Positions 32,915-33,169 of a DNA stretch of 33,169 nt are shown here, in pieces. Position 1 is the stretch's first letter. Each line of letters opens with the position of its first letter. The stretch is from a virus (lineage: Duplodnaviria > Caudoviricetes): positions 1 to 33,169 of the IMG/VR virus record IMGVR_UViG_3300048579_000349; one strand, 5' to 3'. Under the pieces are notes generated by a model. That model was not told the origin of the DNA. It made no database searches and saw only the letters and a program-made list of their open reading frames with translations. A program made the position numbers and the translations under genes.

Positions 32915-33169
32915 ATGATAATTAAAAAAATTACTATTGAGTTTGACCATGACCCAAATGATACCGAAGCTATTAAGGCGTTGATGCAAGGGTTAAATAA
33001 AAGAAATACTAAATTGGAAATAACTAACTGCCCAGAGGGTATAATTCACCAATCCCGTCAACCATTTGATATAGATAGCGATTTTGTTTGGAATGGTATT
33101 GGGAAAGAAATTTACAATTTTGGTATTTTGCTACGTGTTACTGATGACAGTAAGGTAGATTTCTCTTAA
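32915..33169 (+). CDS. Hypothetical protein
   Basis: 84 aa ORF after an AT-rich spacer. Confidence 0.55.
   Translation: MIIKKITIEFDHDPNDTEAIKALMQGLNKRNTKLEITNCPEGIIHQSRQPFDIDSDFVWNGIGKEIYNFGILLRVTDDSKVDFS

Larger units (their letters stand above)
1..33169. mobile_element. Mu-like transposable siphophage/prophage (partial; ends not in window)
   Basis: MuA-like DDE transposase and MuB-like ATPase, DUF3164, GemA-like and Mor-like genes, plus terminase, portal, capsid, tail and lysis genes. No host housekeeping genes are present. Confidence 0.93.

Noticed and set aside
1-33169. Diversity-generating retroelement, invertible tail-fibre cassette, tRNAs or Mu end repeats
   Set aside because: No reverse transcriptase, invertase, long template/variable repeat, cloverleaf or terminal binding-site array was seen; the window starts and ends at gene boundaries.

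Overview
The whole window is a temperate, transposable (Mu-like) siphophage or prophage of roughly one-third GC. Its ends lie outside the window. A central control region (about 14.0-16.3 kb) holds a repressor and divergent HTH genes. The right arm (+) encodes a MuA-like DDE transposase, MuB-like ATPase, Gam-like, DUF3164 and GemA-like proteins, a minimal PolX, a C5 methyltransferase, DUF550, ASCH-like, a Mor/C-like activator, TerS, TerL, a Dam-like methyltransferase, portal and gpF. The left arm (-) encodes an XkdF-like protease/scaffold, capsid, neck, tail tube, lysis cassette, frameshifted tail chaperones, tape measure and a fibre-like gene. Promoters of the form TTGACW-N17-TAnnTTTG, glutamine after signal peptides and Shine-Dalgarno use suggest an FCB-group host (possibly Ignavibacteriota/Chlorobi-like; inference). 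The most unusual signal is four genes inside the virion operon, including one with a tail-fibre-like N-terminus, that carry Sec signal peptides and are strongly enriched in D-S/T O-glycosylation sequons. This suggests exported, host-glycosylated virion accessories. Also notable are twin late promoters driving the two arms, an acr/aca-like locus with a convergent small RNA, and a possible one-piece spanin with inverted topology. All family calls are from motif recognition by eye, not database searches.
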